Origin: a virus
Taxonomy: Duplodnaviria > Caudoviricetes
DNA length: 39,339 bases
Strand: one strand, 5' to 3'
Virus record (IMG/VR): IMGVR_UViG_3300030325_000017
Coordinates: 1 to 39,339 of that record
Below, piece after piece: positions 1-8,464 of the stretch. Below the pieces are notes generated by a model. That model ran no database searches. It was given only the letters and a program-made list of their open reading frames with translations, and had not been told where the DNA came from. The translations under genes were made by a program, and so were the position numbers. Every line of letters begins with the position of its first letter. Position 1 is the first letter of the stretch.

Positions 1-33
1 CGACGACTTAGAAGAAAGAAGGAAGATAATCGC

Positions 34-837
34 ATGAACCAGTTAGTGCCCGCCCAACCTATGCTGCCCACGAAGGACGAGTGGGCATTTCTGAAAGAGC
101 AGGCCGCAATGGCTGTGAAAAGCGGCTTGCTTCCGCGCGCTGTTGATACCGCCGAAAAGGCGACGATCATCGCACTCAAAGGCCGCGAGATGGGCATACC
201 GCCGATGCAGGCTTTCAGTCACATCCACGTGGTCGATGGAAAGCCGACGATGAGCGCGGAGCTGATGCTCGCGCAAATTTACAAACACTGCCACGGCGCC
301 ATCATCAACTACCTCTCTAGCGATGATAAGAAATGCGAGATTGAGGCGACCCGCCCAGGCCACAAGATGGCGAAGTTCGCCTATACGATCGACGAGGCGC
401 GCCTGGCCGGACTTCTGAACAAGCATAATTGGAAGTCGTACCCGGCGGCGATGCTCCGGGCCCGCACTATCGCGATCGTAGCCCGCGCGGTCTTCCCGGA
501 CGCGATCCACGGCGTATCGTACACCCCTGAAGAGTTGGGCGCCGAAACGGATGATGAGGGACAGGTAGTCGTGTTGCCGCCATCGAGTCCGAAACCAGAC
601 GCCCAATCTGAGCAGAAGCCCGCCGCCGAATCCGCTCCTGCGAAGCCTCGCGGCCGTAAAGAAATCGGCATGGAAATCCTCGCCGCCGGCAATGAGCTGA
701 ACCTCTCGCCGCCTGAAGTAGAAAAATGGGCCGAGGAGGATTTCAAGAAGCCGGTTAAGGAGATGTCGATAGATGAGCTTGAGAAGTTCCTGGGCACCCT
801 TCAGGAAGAGATCGGCCGGAGGAACGTCGCTGTATGA
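34..837 (+). CDS. RecT/Red-beta-like ssDNA annealing recombinase
   Basis: Motifs G(I)PPMQAF..IHVVDGKP.MSAELM and NWKSYPAAMLRARTIAIVARAVFPD..G..YTPEE typical of phage RecT-family proteins. Confidence 0.85.
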   Translation: MNQLVPAQPMLPTKDEWAFLKEQAAMAVKSGLLPRAVDTAEKATIIALKGREMGIPPMQAFSHIHVVDGKPTMSAELMLAQIYKHCHGAIINYLSSDDKKCEIEATRPGHKMAKFAYTIDEARLAGLLNKHNWKSYPAAMLRARTIAIVARAVFPDAIHGVSYTPEELGAETDDEGQVVVLPPSSPKPDAQSEQKPAAESAPAKPRGRKEIGMEILAAGNELNLSPPEVEKWAEEDFKKPVKEMSIDELEKFLGTLQEEIGRRNVAV

Positions 838-1613
838 AAGCTGGAATCGTAGAGTTCAACGAGCTGCAGAACGAGCTGGCGGTTCTTGTTGCCCCCACCC
901 TCGAAGTCAAGGTAACAGACGCCGTCTCTAGCGCCCGCGCGATCGATGCCGCGAAGCAGGTGAAGAGCCTGCAGAAGCGAATCGAGGATCAGCGGAAAGC
1001 CCTAGTCGGTCCATTGAACGACCGCGTGAAGTCCATCAACGATTACGCGAAGACGATTGTGAATCCGCTCAACAACGCCGAGACGCACCTAAAGCGCGAG
1101 CTCGCGAACTACGAGATGGAGCAGGAGAAGATCCGCCAGGAGAAGCTCCGCGCCGCTGATGCCGAGCGTAAACGCCAGGAAGAGGAACTGGCCGAGAAGC
1201 AGCGCAAAGAGCGCGAGCAGCTAGCGGTGGTCCAGGCCGAGGAGGCTACCGCCGCCGCCATGTTTGGCGAGGATCCGACAGAGCCGGTGATAGACCGCAC
1301 CACCGCTCTCGAGGAGCGCCAGGCCATCGAGCAGGCGAAGCTCACCCAGGAGGCGAAGGCTAACGAGTACGACATCAAGCGCGAGAACGGCATCAGCGGC
1401 GCGCGCAAGACCTGGAAGTGCGAAGCGATCGACCTGAATGCCGTGCCGCGCGAGTTTCTTAAAATCGAGCTGAACACCCAAGCAGTCCTTGCGGCTGCGC
1501 GCGGAGGGGTAACAAGCATACCCGGCGTGCGTTTGTGGCAGGAAACCACAGTTGCGATCGGCCGCAATACTTATGTCCCGGCGCTTGCCGGATCTCGCAC
1601 GGAGGGCGCATGA
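834..1613 (+). CDS. Coiled-coil phage protein of unknown function, next to recombinase
   Basis: 259 aa, ATGA-coupled, long E/K/R/Q-rich helix, C-terminal VPREFL...IPGVR motif. Confidence 0.7.
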   Translation: MKAGIVEFNELQNELAVLVAPTLEVKVTDAVSSARAIDAAKQVKSLQKRIEDQRKALVGPLNDRVKSINDYAKTIVNPLNNAETHLKRELANYEMEQEKIRQEKLRAADAERKRQEEELAEKQRKEREQLAVVQAEEATAAAMFGEDPTEPVIDRTTALEERQAIEQAKLTQEAKANEYDIKRENGISGARKTWKCEAIDLNAVPREFLKIELNTQAVLAAARGGVTSIPGVRLWQETTVAIGRNTYVPALAGSRTEGA

Positions 1614-1945
1614 GCCGGAACTTCGACAGAGCCAGAATTGCTAAAGCGTTTGAATTGCTCCGCTTCCATATTGAGCATGCGGAGAAAATTCTACAGGAAA
1701 GTTGCCCCATAGAGGTCGAATACAACGGGATGTTCTGGAGTGCGCGAAACAAGCGTCTTTGGAGCGTCTCAAAGGACAAGCCCCTGATGGAGCTTTCGGT
1801 TTCTGAGAGGCTCGCATCGGCTCGTCTTATTCCTGGGTTTCTTGAAAAGGCTAAGGCTGATACGGAGCAGTTTTGCCGAGATGTCGAATCGGTCCTGGAA
1901 CCTAAGGATGTGGCAGCTGGGGAACGTGATGGACAGATCGGATAA
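1610..1945 (+). CDS. Hypothetical protein, paralog of 38465..38785
   Basis: GGAGG RBS, ATGA overlap at 1610; ungapped alignment with 38465..38785 (AFELL, CPIEV.YNG, NKR.W, ERL, FCR.VE, PKD). Confidence 0.85.
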   Translation: MSRNFDRARIAKAFELLRFHIEHAEKILQESCPIEVEYNGMFWSARNKRLWSVSKDKPLMELSVSERLASARLIPGFLEKAKADTEQFCRDVESVLEPKDVAAGERDGQIG

Positions 1946-3074
1946 AAAATCCAACTGGAAGAACCTTGGTGGGGGCCTTCGCCTTTATATTCCCGCCAAA
2001 ACTATTTATGCCGTCAAAGCATTCCGATATCTCGGTATTCCTCCGCTTTCCCATTGCTATGGACCTATCTCTGAACGCGAGGCCCGGCGTCTCCTTCCGG
2101 CCACCATCGAAAAATGGAAAGAGATGCACTTGAACCTCGGCGCGGCCGAGAAGGGTTCAAATGGTGAAAAGACCATCGCCGAGATCATTCCTCTTTTCCT
2201 GAAATACGAGACACCGAAGAAGAGAAAACGCACACAAGAGAATCACCGGCAGATCTATGCGGACATCGGGCGCTTTTACGGCGATCTGAAATTCAGTGAC
2301 CTCACCGAAGAAATTTATGACGATCGCCTTGAAGAGACGGTTAAACCTGAGAAGGCCCGGCAAGCCGAGGAGCGCATAGCCGGCGGCAGGGGAGGGAGGG
2401 CCAGGAAAACATTCGTTTACCTTGCCGTGCACCTGAATGCTCTCGCGCGATGGGCTCATCGAAAAAAACACACGCCACAGCTTGTTAAAATCCCTTTGGC
2501 CGATGAATACGGGAAGCCGGGACGCGCAATCGACCATGAAACCGCCCGGGCCCTGTTCCGCGAAATGAATGAGGACGGGAAGGACATGTACGCCCTGGGC
2601 TACCAGGTTTGTATGCGCCGGAACGAGGCCCTGAAACTCAGCTGGGAGCGCTTTGATTTGAAAACGGGAAAGATTACGCTGCGCCCCGAGGATGTCAAAA
2701 CGGGGAGCCGCACCAAACGGGGCCGTGAACTTATCGTGGGGGACGAAGTGCTTCAGCGCTTCCGGGCTCGCTACGAGCGCCAGGCTGGCCTCAATTCGCC
2801 TTGGGTCTTCCCATCGCCGCGTGATCCACAGAAGCCGCAATCCTCGGTAAAAACCGCCTGGACGGCCGCCAAGCGTAGGGCCGGGATCCAGGGGAGACTT
2901 CGGTGGCACGACCTTCGGCATAGCGGGCTCACTTACCTGCTTTTGGTTTGCGGTCAGGACATCGTGAAAGTCTCGGAATATGTGGGAACAAGTGCTCGAA
3001 CATTGCAGCGCGTCTACCTGCACGCCCGCCCGGAACACACGCGGGAAGTAGGGGAAGCGATTCGGTTTGCTTAG
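1929..3074 (+). CDS. int: Tyrosine recombinase (phage integrase)
   Basis: Catalytic motifs CMRRNE (R), VKT (K), HDLRH (HxxR), RVY (Y); att core 80 bp downstream; start at 1929 chosen over 1842 to limit overlap. Confidence 0.93.
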   Translation: MDRSDKKSNWKNLGGGLRLYIPAKTIYAVKAFRYLGIPPLSHCYGPISEREARRLLPATIEKWKEMHLNLGAAEKGSNGEKTIAEIIPLFLKYETPKKRKRTQENHRQIYADIGRFYGDLKFSDLTEEIYDDRLEETVKPEKARQAEERIAGGRGGRARKTFVYLAVHLNALARWAHRKKHTPQLVKIPLADEYGKPGRAIDHETARALFREMNEDGKDMYALGYQVCMRRNEALKLSWERFDLKTGKITLRPEDVKTGSRTKRGRELIVGDEVLQRFRARYERQAGLNSPWVFPSPRDPQKPQSSVKTAWTAAKRRAGIQGRLRWHDLRHSGLTYLLLVCGQDIVKVSEYVGTSARTLQRVYLHARPEHTREVGEAIRFA

Positions 3075-3108
3075 AAAGTGCCGTGGGGCACATAAAAAGG
3101 AGTGGGAA

Positions 3109-3402
3109 ATGGCAAAAAAATGTGGCAGTAAGTTACCAGAATCTCTAAAGAAGAGGGCGCGTAGCTCAGTTGGTAGAGCACCACAATGGCATAGCGCAGC
3201 ACCCGCAAAACGAAACTCCCTTAAAAACAAACTTCATTTTTCCGCCGATGCGGAAGTCATAGAGATTCCCGATGGTTGGGAGCCTGTGCCTGCGATGCGC
3301 ATGGTGAACGGCAAGCCTTCACTCTTCCGCGTCCTGCTCAGAAGACCCCCCAAACGCTTAGAAAATGCTTTGAAAGCCCGGCCGCGCCGCCGTTCGGCCT
3401 GA
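3109..3402 (+). CDS. Basic 97-aa ORF spanning attP
   Basis: AAGGAG 6 nt before ATG 3109; open frame through the tRNA fragment to TGA 3402; no recognisable domain. Confidence 0.45.
   Translation: MAKKCGSKLPESLKKRARSSVGRAPQWHSAAPAKRNSLKNKLHFSADAEVIEIPDGWEPVPAMRMVNGKPSLFRVLLRRPPKRLENALKARPRRRSA
3155..3192 (+). other. attP: attP identity block: 5' half (positions 1-38) of tRNA-Ala(GGC)
   Basis: GGGCGCG-TA-GCTC-AGTTGGTA-GAGC-A-CCACA-ATGGCAT: acceptor 5' strand with G3, D arm, anticodon 5' stem, loop with GGC and A32/U38; the expected TGTGG and T arm are absent; directly downstream of the integrase. Confidence 0.88.
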
Positions 3403-3425
3403 TCTGACTCTGGGAGGGGAAGATC

Positions 3426-3764
3426 ATGGCCGAACGCAGTAAAGATAAGCGGCTACGCCGCGCGCTAAAGCAGGAACTCTGCTGTGCCTGTGGCACGGCC
3501 GGAACCGATTTTAATCCGGTAGATCCGGCCCACGTCCGCACGTTCAAGGTTACCCAATCCGACCACCCGGCTAATATCATCCCCCTTTGCCGCCACTGCC
3601 ACCGCCTTCAGCATTCTGAGGGCTGGGATAGTTTCCTTCGCTCCCACCCACCGGTCCTGCAGCTCCTAGAGCACATGGGCTGGGAAATCTCCCTGCATCC
3701 GTTCCAGAAAGGGAAGCTGATTCTCTCCCACCCGGAGGTGGCCCATGGCTACGCAGCTAAGTAA
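3426..3764 (+). CDS. HNH-like zinc-binding nuclease
   Basis: CCACG...DPAHV...NIIPLCRHCHRLQH. Confidence 0.8.
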   Translation: MAERSKDKRLRRALKQELCCACGTAGTDFNPVDPAHVRTFKVTQSDHPANIIPLCRHCHRLQHSEGWDSFLRSHPPVLQLLEHMGWEISLHPFQKGKLILSHPEVAHGYAAK

Positions 3765-4056
3765 CAAGCCCGGGAAAAAACCAGGCCGACTGCTCCGCTT
3801 CATGGATGACTACGAAGACGATGAAATCAGTTTTGAGAAATACAAGAACGCCCATCGTGGAGTGGTGCTGGAAATCCACACAAAACGCCGAGCTGTGACC
3901 GGATTCAGGGAAGTTAAATGCGAGTACGGCCACCAGCACCTAGAGCCGGTCAAAGAGAAGCTGGAAATGGCTCATCTCTACTTCGATGAGGCCGACATAC
4001 GCAAACTCAGGGACTTTTTAAACGACCACAAGTGGCTTGGAGGTTCTCCAGGATGA
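3745..4056 (+). CDS. Hypothetical protein
   Basis: GGAGG RBS, coupled to neighbours. Confidence 0.65.
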   Translation: MATQLSNKPGKKPGRLLRFMDDYEDDEISFEKYKNAHRGVVLEIHTKRRAVTGFREVKCEYGHQHLEPVKEKLEMAHLYFDEADIRKLRDFLNDHKWLGGSPG

Positions 4057-4688
4057 GTCAGCAACGACCGAAAACAAAGGAGCAGAACGTGAGCGAAACG
4101 ACAGCAGTAGTAGAGAACAAAACCGAAACCACGCCAGCAGAGGATGCGACCGCCGAGGCCGCACCCACGGAGAACGCCGAGGGCCAGACCCAGCTCTTCC
4201 AGGACGAGACGAAGGAAGAGGAGGAAATCCGCGAGGTTCTTATCCCCATGCAGCCCCATGAGGTGCTCGAGGCGGTCGACCGGATCGTGGTGCTGAACCA
4301 GGAGGTAAACGAGCACGAGCAGGAGCTTGAGCGCGAGAAGTCGCGGCACAAGGAATCAAAAGACAAGATCACGGCGAACATCGACGCCGCCCGTCCGAAG
4401 CTCTCGAAACTGATCGAACTCACCGGCCTGAAGAAACGCCGGGAAACCACGAAGACCCGCAAGGTGATCAACTACACCACGAAGATGGTGCAGTGGTTCG
4501 TCGAAGGGGTAGATGGCCCGGTAGATGAGCGGCCCATGCTAGCGGGCGAGTACCAGGTGAAGCTTGCATTCCCGGATGGTGAGACTTCCGAAAACGCGGA
4601 CTCAAATGAGGCGGAAAAAACGGAAGTCCCTGAAGGCGATGCCCTTGGTGTTGATCCTTCGGAATTTGACGAGGCCGAAGGCGCGTGA
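4053..4688 (+). CDS. Acidic coiled-coil hypothetical protein
   Basis: ATGA overlap at 4053 (alternative GTG 4089 after AAGGAG); GTGA overlap with next gene. Confidence 0.7.
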   Translation: MSQQRPKTKEQNVSETTAVVENKTETTPAEDATAEAAPTENAEGQTQLFQDETKEEEEIREVLIPMQPHEVLEAVDRIVVLNQEVNEHEQELEREKSRHKESKDKITANIDAARPKLSKLIELTGLKKRRETTKTRKVINYTTKMVQWFVEGVDGPVDERPMLAGEYQVKLAFPDGETSENADSNEAEKTEVPEGDALGVDPSEFDEAEGA

Positions 4689-5206
4689 AGTCAATCACGA
4701 TAGGAAAGTTCCCCCTCCCGCCCTCGAGCAACCACCAGTATTTCCCTCTGGTGATGCCCGGGAAGCGGTTCACGAAAGACGGGAGGCCAGGCAAGAACGC
4801 CGGCAAATTCGTGGCACGATCCGTGCCGACGGACGCGCTCAAGACGTTTAAGTTTGCGATGGCGAACTGGCACATCTCCCGCGCGCGCCTAGCGCAGCAG
4901 GCGCACCTCTTCGTGCTCGAGTGCTTCGCCAGGAAGAACTTCGTGCGTCTGGATACCTATTGGTGCCTGCCGAAGGGGGAAATTTTCTATCAAAACGGGA
5001 ATCCAAAGAAGGAAGACCTATTCAACCGGCTAAAGGCGTTGCACGACGAGTTCTGCGCCATCGCCGGCTTCGACGACTCTCGCATTAAGGCCGGATACGC
5101 CGAACAGCTGGGCATCGAGGGCCCGAACGCCTTCTCGTTCGTGGTCCTAAGCGAGCACAGGTTCAGGATGATCAGCGAGTACAAATTCGGGGAAATACCC
5201 AAGTAG
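4685..5206 (+). CDS. rusA: RusA-like Holliday junction resolvase
   Basis: PLPPSSN N-terminal motif and EDLFNRLKALHD...FDDSRI (RusA DxDNxxKxxxD...DD pattern with one Asp replaced). Confidence 0.72.
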   Translation: MKSITIGKFPLPPSSNHQYFPLVMPGKRFTKDGRPGKNAGKFVARSVPTDALKTFKFAMANWHISRARLAQQAHLFVLECFARKNFVRLDTYWCLPKGEIFYQNGNPKKEDLFNRLKALHDEFCAIAGFDDSRIKAGYAEQLGIEGPNAFSFVVLSEHRFRMISEYKFGEIPK

Positions 5207-5215
5207 GAGCCGAAT

Positions 5216-5608
5216 ATGGCGAAGAGACTGACAGATACTGGAAAGTGGACTAACCCAGCATTTCGTGCTCTTCAGGCGAAGTTCAAGCTTCTCTATCTGT
5301 ATATCCTCGACAACTGTGATGCTTCCGGCGTCATGCACTTAGATTTAAAGCTGATCGGATTCATTCTTTCCCAGCGGTATTCGATCGATGAAGTTCAAGC
5401 GGCCTTTGAGAAGCGAATCGTTTTTCTATCTGAAGACAAGATCATCGTCAGAAATTACATCGCTTTTCAAAATGGAGACGTAGTGAAAGCTGAAAGCAAT
5501 ATCGCCAAATCGGTAAAAGCCACTCTTAACAGTCACGGCCTCCTTGATCGTTATAAGAAGGGAGAATTTGGAAATGTCAACTCAGCAATCGCACTTTGGG
5601 ATGGGTAA
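5216..5608 (+). CDS. Short phage replication initiator-like protein (N-terminal winged-helix-type domain)
   Basis: MAKRLTDTGKW..P.FR.L...KLLYLYILDNCD.SG resembles N-termini of phage replication organisers; followed by origin-like DNA. Confidence 0.65.
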   Translation: MAKRLTDTGKWTNPAFRALQAKFKLLYLYILDNCDASGVMHLDLKLIGFILSQRYSIDEVQAAFEKRIVFLSEDKIIVRNYIAFQNGDVVKAESNIAKSVKATLNSHGLLDRYKKGEFGNVNSAIALWDG

Positions 5609-5768
5609 GCCATGGGGTGGCCATGGGATGGCTTATCGACGCGGCATCCCTATAGGAAAGGATAGGAGAGGAAGAGGAACGGAGAAGGAAAGGAATAGGA
5701 ATGGATAGGCTAGGAAAGGCAAGGAACGGAAGAGCGGAGAAAATTGTGGATAACTCCGGGGTGTCGCA
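5609..5768. promoter_or_regulatory. Putative replication origin: GCCATGGG repeats, purine-rich GGA pentamer tract, DnaA box
   Basis: Two GCCATGGG copies, about 90 bp of nGGAn-like pentamers, TGTGGATAA at 5745-5753 (reverse complement of TTATCCACA). Confidence 0.55.
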
Positions 5769-6161
5769 ATGACGACAAACTGGGTGGTTATCTTCGGCCC
5801 CGTCGAGTGGGAGTGGATCACGAAGCTGGGGTCGAGCTATCACGACCCGGAGGAGAAGCGTGTCTTCTGGGAAACCGTGAAGGCGAAGAAGGAGGCGGAT
5901 CATGCTTACAGCGTATTCACCGACTTTCCACGTGATCACATCAATCCTCCAGTGTCCGGGAAGGTGAACGCCGATGATCTCCGCATATGCCGAGAAATCA
6001 TTGCGATGATCGAGGCTTCAAACCGCAAACGGAAGGAATCCGATGCGACGCCCGAACAAGAAAAAGTCACGAAGGAGCAGCAGGAGCTCGGTGAACTTAT
6101 CGATCTTGGCGCTCACCAGTTTCAAATGTGCCTATGGCCCCGCAGGAAAAGCAGCGCATGA
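5769..6161 (+). CDS. Hypothetical protein
   Basis: 130-aa ORF in operon, ATGA-coupled to next gene. Confidence 0.65.
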   Translation: MTTNWVVIFGPVEWEWITKLGSSYHDPEEKRVFWETVKAKKEADHAYSVFTDFPRDHINPPVSGKVNADDLRICREIIAMIEASNRKRKESDATPEQEKVTKEQQELGELIDLGAHQFQMCLWPRRKSSA

Positions 6162-6442
6162 CCATCTCAATCACCCAAGGAGGAATCGCAGTCATGGAAA
6201 GACGTTACAGTAAAGGCGAAAATATCTGCTACACGCTCATCGAGAAGAATTATTATCGTGACTACGGAAGCAGGGCGTATACACCGCATCCGAAGGAAAT
6301 TAAAATTTGCGCTACGTTCATCGAGTATGTCGGCGAGCGCAGTGCGCGGATCCTCATTCACCGCACCGATGGCCGGGAATCAGTCGAGAAGACAGTTCCC
6401 ATCCGTAACATTTCCCCAAAAATTGCCGTCATAAGTTCATAG
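6158..6442 (+). CDS. Hypothetical protein
   Basis: ATGA overlap at 6158; alternative start 6194 after AAGGAGG. Confidence 0.6.
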   Translation: MTISITQGGIAVMERRYSKGENICYTLIEKNYYRDYGSRAYTPHPKEIKICATFIEYVGERSARILIHRTDGRESVEKTVPIRNISPKIAVISS

Positions 6443-6455
6443 AAAGGAAACCTAA

Positions 6456-6995
6456 ATGAACCCAGCAGATAGAAACACCAGGCATCCCGTGAAAGACATG
6501 AAGCTGAGCCAGGCCGGATTTGACCTCATAGCGTATTGGGAGGGCGTTAAACTTAGAGCGTACTTCGATAGCGTCGACCGCGCGACAATCGGCATCGGCC
6601 ATATCGAGGGAATCACGGACGCGGACGTTGAGCGAGGTCGCACCTGTACCATGCAAGAGGCCTACCAGTGGTTCCAGTACGACGCCGAGGACAAAGCCAT
6701 GAAGTATATGCGCCTCTGGCTGAAGGTTCCTCTCTCTCAAAATGAATTCGACGCTATTACCTCTTTCGTCTTTAACCGTGGATGCGGCCGGTTCAGGAAT
6801 GGAGGCATGGGAGAGGCGCCGATTCTTCCCATTCTTAATGCCGGAGACTACAACGGAGCCGCCATGCAACTTCTTAAGTTCAACTGGGCTGGTCCGCATA
6901 AAGAATATCTCCTCGGACTAGACCGTCGCCGCCACGCTGAGTGTGCCCTGTTCCTTGGTGAACCATGGGAGAGGTTCAAGACATGGCGGCCCTGA
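6456..6995 (+). CDS. GH24 phage lysozyme (endolysin)
   Basis: Catalytic E-x8-D-x5-T (WEGVKLRAYFDSVDRATIGIGH), LSQNEFDAITSFVFNRG, GLDRRRHAECALF; no signal or SAR segment. Confidence 0.93.
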   Translation: MNPADRNTRHPVKDMKLSQAGFDLIAYWEGVKLRAYFDSVDRATIGIGHIEGITDADVERGRTCTMQEAYQWFQYDAEDKAMKYMRLWLKVPLSQNEFDAITSFVFNRGCGRFRNGGMGEAPILPILNAGDYNGAAMQLLKFNWAGPHKEYLLGLDRRRHAECALFLGEPWERFKTWRP

Positions 6996-7032
6996 AGCAC
7001 CTGGAAAACGTGAAAGCCTATAGGAGTAAAAG

Positions 7033-7839
7033 ATGAAGATAGAGATTAAATGCAGGTTCAGCGGCAAGATTCTTTTTGAAACCGAGGCGGAATCCATCCG
7101 TGCAGCCGTAGAGATCGCGGTTTCTAAAAAAGTAATATTAAACGGCGCGAACCTCGGAGGCGCGAACCTCGAAGACGCGTACCTCAGAGGCGCGAACCTC
7201 GAAGACGCGTACCTCAGAGGCGCGAACCTCGGAGGCGCGAACCTCGGAGACGCGTACCTCAGAGGCGCGAACCTCGGAGGCGCGGACCTCGGAGGCGCGG
7301 ACCTCAGAGGCGCGAACCTCGGAGACGCGTACCTCAGAGGCGCGAACCTCGAAGACGCGAACCTCGGAGGCGCGAACCTCGGAGACGCGAACCTCGGAGA
7401 CGCGTACCTCAGAGGCGCGAACCTCGAAGACGCGAACCTCGGAGGCGCGGACATCAGAGGCGCGAACCTCGAAGAAATAAAGAAAGACTTCCTAGCGGTC
7501 CTCACGGCAGCCAAGAACGAGGTAGTTGGGCTCTATAGGGCGCTATTAGAGGGACGCGTAGACGGTCGAATGTACGAGGGCGAGTGCTGCTGCCTGAAAG
7601 GCACGATCGCAAACGTCCGTGGCTGTAGTTTCAAGGCTCTCGGGGAAGGCGTGCTTGAGCCCAGAGCAAGTTCGCCGGCCGAGCGCTGGTTCACAGGGAT
7701 ATTCAAGGGCGATACTCCGGCGAATAATCAGATCTCCGCGATCACGAAAGAATGGACCGAGGAGTTCATGAAAGAGAACGGAATTCCTGTGCCCGTGATG
7801 ACGGTGAGTTGGGTGGACGCCAGCGGGAGTAGGGCATGA
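7033..7839 (+). CDS. Pentapeptide repeat protein with Cys-containing C-terminal domain
   Basis: About 22 A(N/Y/D)Lxx repeats; N-terminal KIEIKCRFSGKILFE; C-terminal YEGECCCLKGTIA...SSPAERWF. Confidence 0.9.
   Translation: MKIEIKCRFSGKILFETEAESIRAAVEIAVSKKVILNGANLGGANLEDAYLRGANLEDAYLRGANLGGANLGDAYLRGANLGGADLGGADLRGANLGDAYLRGANLEDANLGGANLGDANLGDAYLRGANLEDANLGGADIRGANLEEIKKDFLAVLTAAKNEVVGLYRALLEGRVDGRMYEGECCCLKGTIANVRGCSFKALGEGVLEPRASSPAERWFTGIFKGDTPANNQISAITKEWTEEFMKENGIPVPVMTVSWVDASGSRA
7144..7470 (+). repeat. 15-bp tandem repeats encoding the pentapeptide units
   Basis: Variants of GGCGCGAACCTCGGA / GACGCGTACCTCAGA. Confidence 0.9.
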
Positions 7840-7994
7840 CTTGGCTAGGCATATTCGGGATATTCATGGCGATCCTGGTTTACGAACTGGGATTTGAACT
7901 GGTTAACGAAGGTACTGCGAATTTTATGGGCTCAATTTTCATTGCCGCAGGAGTGGCCATATTTATCGCTGCGCTTAGGTGGGGGTTTTTGTGA
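7836..7994 (+). CDS. Small two-helix membrane protein (52 aa; not in ORF track)
   Basis: MTWLGIFGIFMAILVYELGFELVNEGTANFMGSIFIAAGVAIFIAALRWGFL; ATGA overlap. Confidence 0.65.
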   Translation: MTWLGIFGIFMAILVYELGFELVNEGTANFMGSIFIAAGVAIFIAALRWGFL

Positions 7995-8011
7995 GTAACA
8001 AAGGAGAAAAA

Positions 8012-8239
8012 ATGGAAAAAAAAATTTGGGTTCTATCTGTAGATTTCGACGGCGGAGACGGAGCGGATCTTTTCAAGATCCCAGAAAACGGATCTGAACT
8101 AGATGAATGGAAAGAGCGCATCGGCGCCAACTTTACCGAGTTGCTGTTCGCCTCATATCCTCCGCCGAAGGTAGAGGTGAAGGCTCTTACACCTGAAGAG
8201 TGGGCTGAAGCCGAGAGAGTTGGGGCAGGCGAATCATGA
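8012..8239 (+). CDS. Hypothetical protein
   Basis: AAGGAG RBS before ATG 8012. Confidence 0.7.
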   Translation: MEKKIWVLSVDFDGGDGADLFKIPENGSELDEWKERIGANFTELLFASYPPPKVEVKALTPEEWAEAERVGAGES

Positions 8240-8463
8240 CCTACCTAGAGCGACTTAAGGCCCGGGGAGAACAAGGCGAGCTAGCCGAGGTAGCGGCGAA
8301 GATGGCGGAGGCGCTGGCATACTATCGAGGAGTGAACGCTGTACTTAAAAGACACTTTGCGCCGCCACTTAGCAACGAGCTAAAAGTTGAAACATTCTAT
8401 AGGCCAATAGCCGATGACGCCCTCGCAGCGTTCGAGGCTTACCTGGATTGGGAGGGGGAGTAG
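8236..8463 (+). CDS. Hypothetical protein
   Basis: ATGA-coupled ORF. Confidence 0.65.
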   Translation: MTYLERLKARGEQGELAEVAAKMAEALAYYRGVNAVLKRHFAPPLSNELKVETFYRPIADDALAAFEAYLDWEGE

Positions 8464-8464
8464 G

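Noticed and set aside
3155-3230. Complete tRNA-Ala gene
   Set aside because: No 3' anticodon stem, T arm or acceptor 3' strand follows position 38, and I found no 3' half elsewhere by eye
2157-3230. 357-aa minus-strand ORF
   Set aside because: Antisense shadow of the integrase with no protein-like motifs; the same applies to long antisense ORFs over the capsid, scaffold and adaptor genes
5609-5740. Stop-codon reassignment (TAG read-through) extending the replication gene
   Set aside because: The gene ends in TAA, and many well-defined genes end in TAG with the next gene close behind, so the standard code fits
7144-7470. CRISPR-like or regulatory repeat array
   Set aside because: Contiguous 15-bp units with no spacers, fully explained by pentapeptide coding; the antisense 6918..7514 ORF is a shadow
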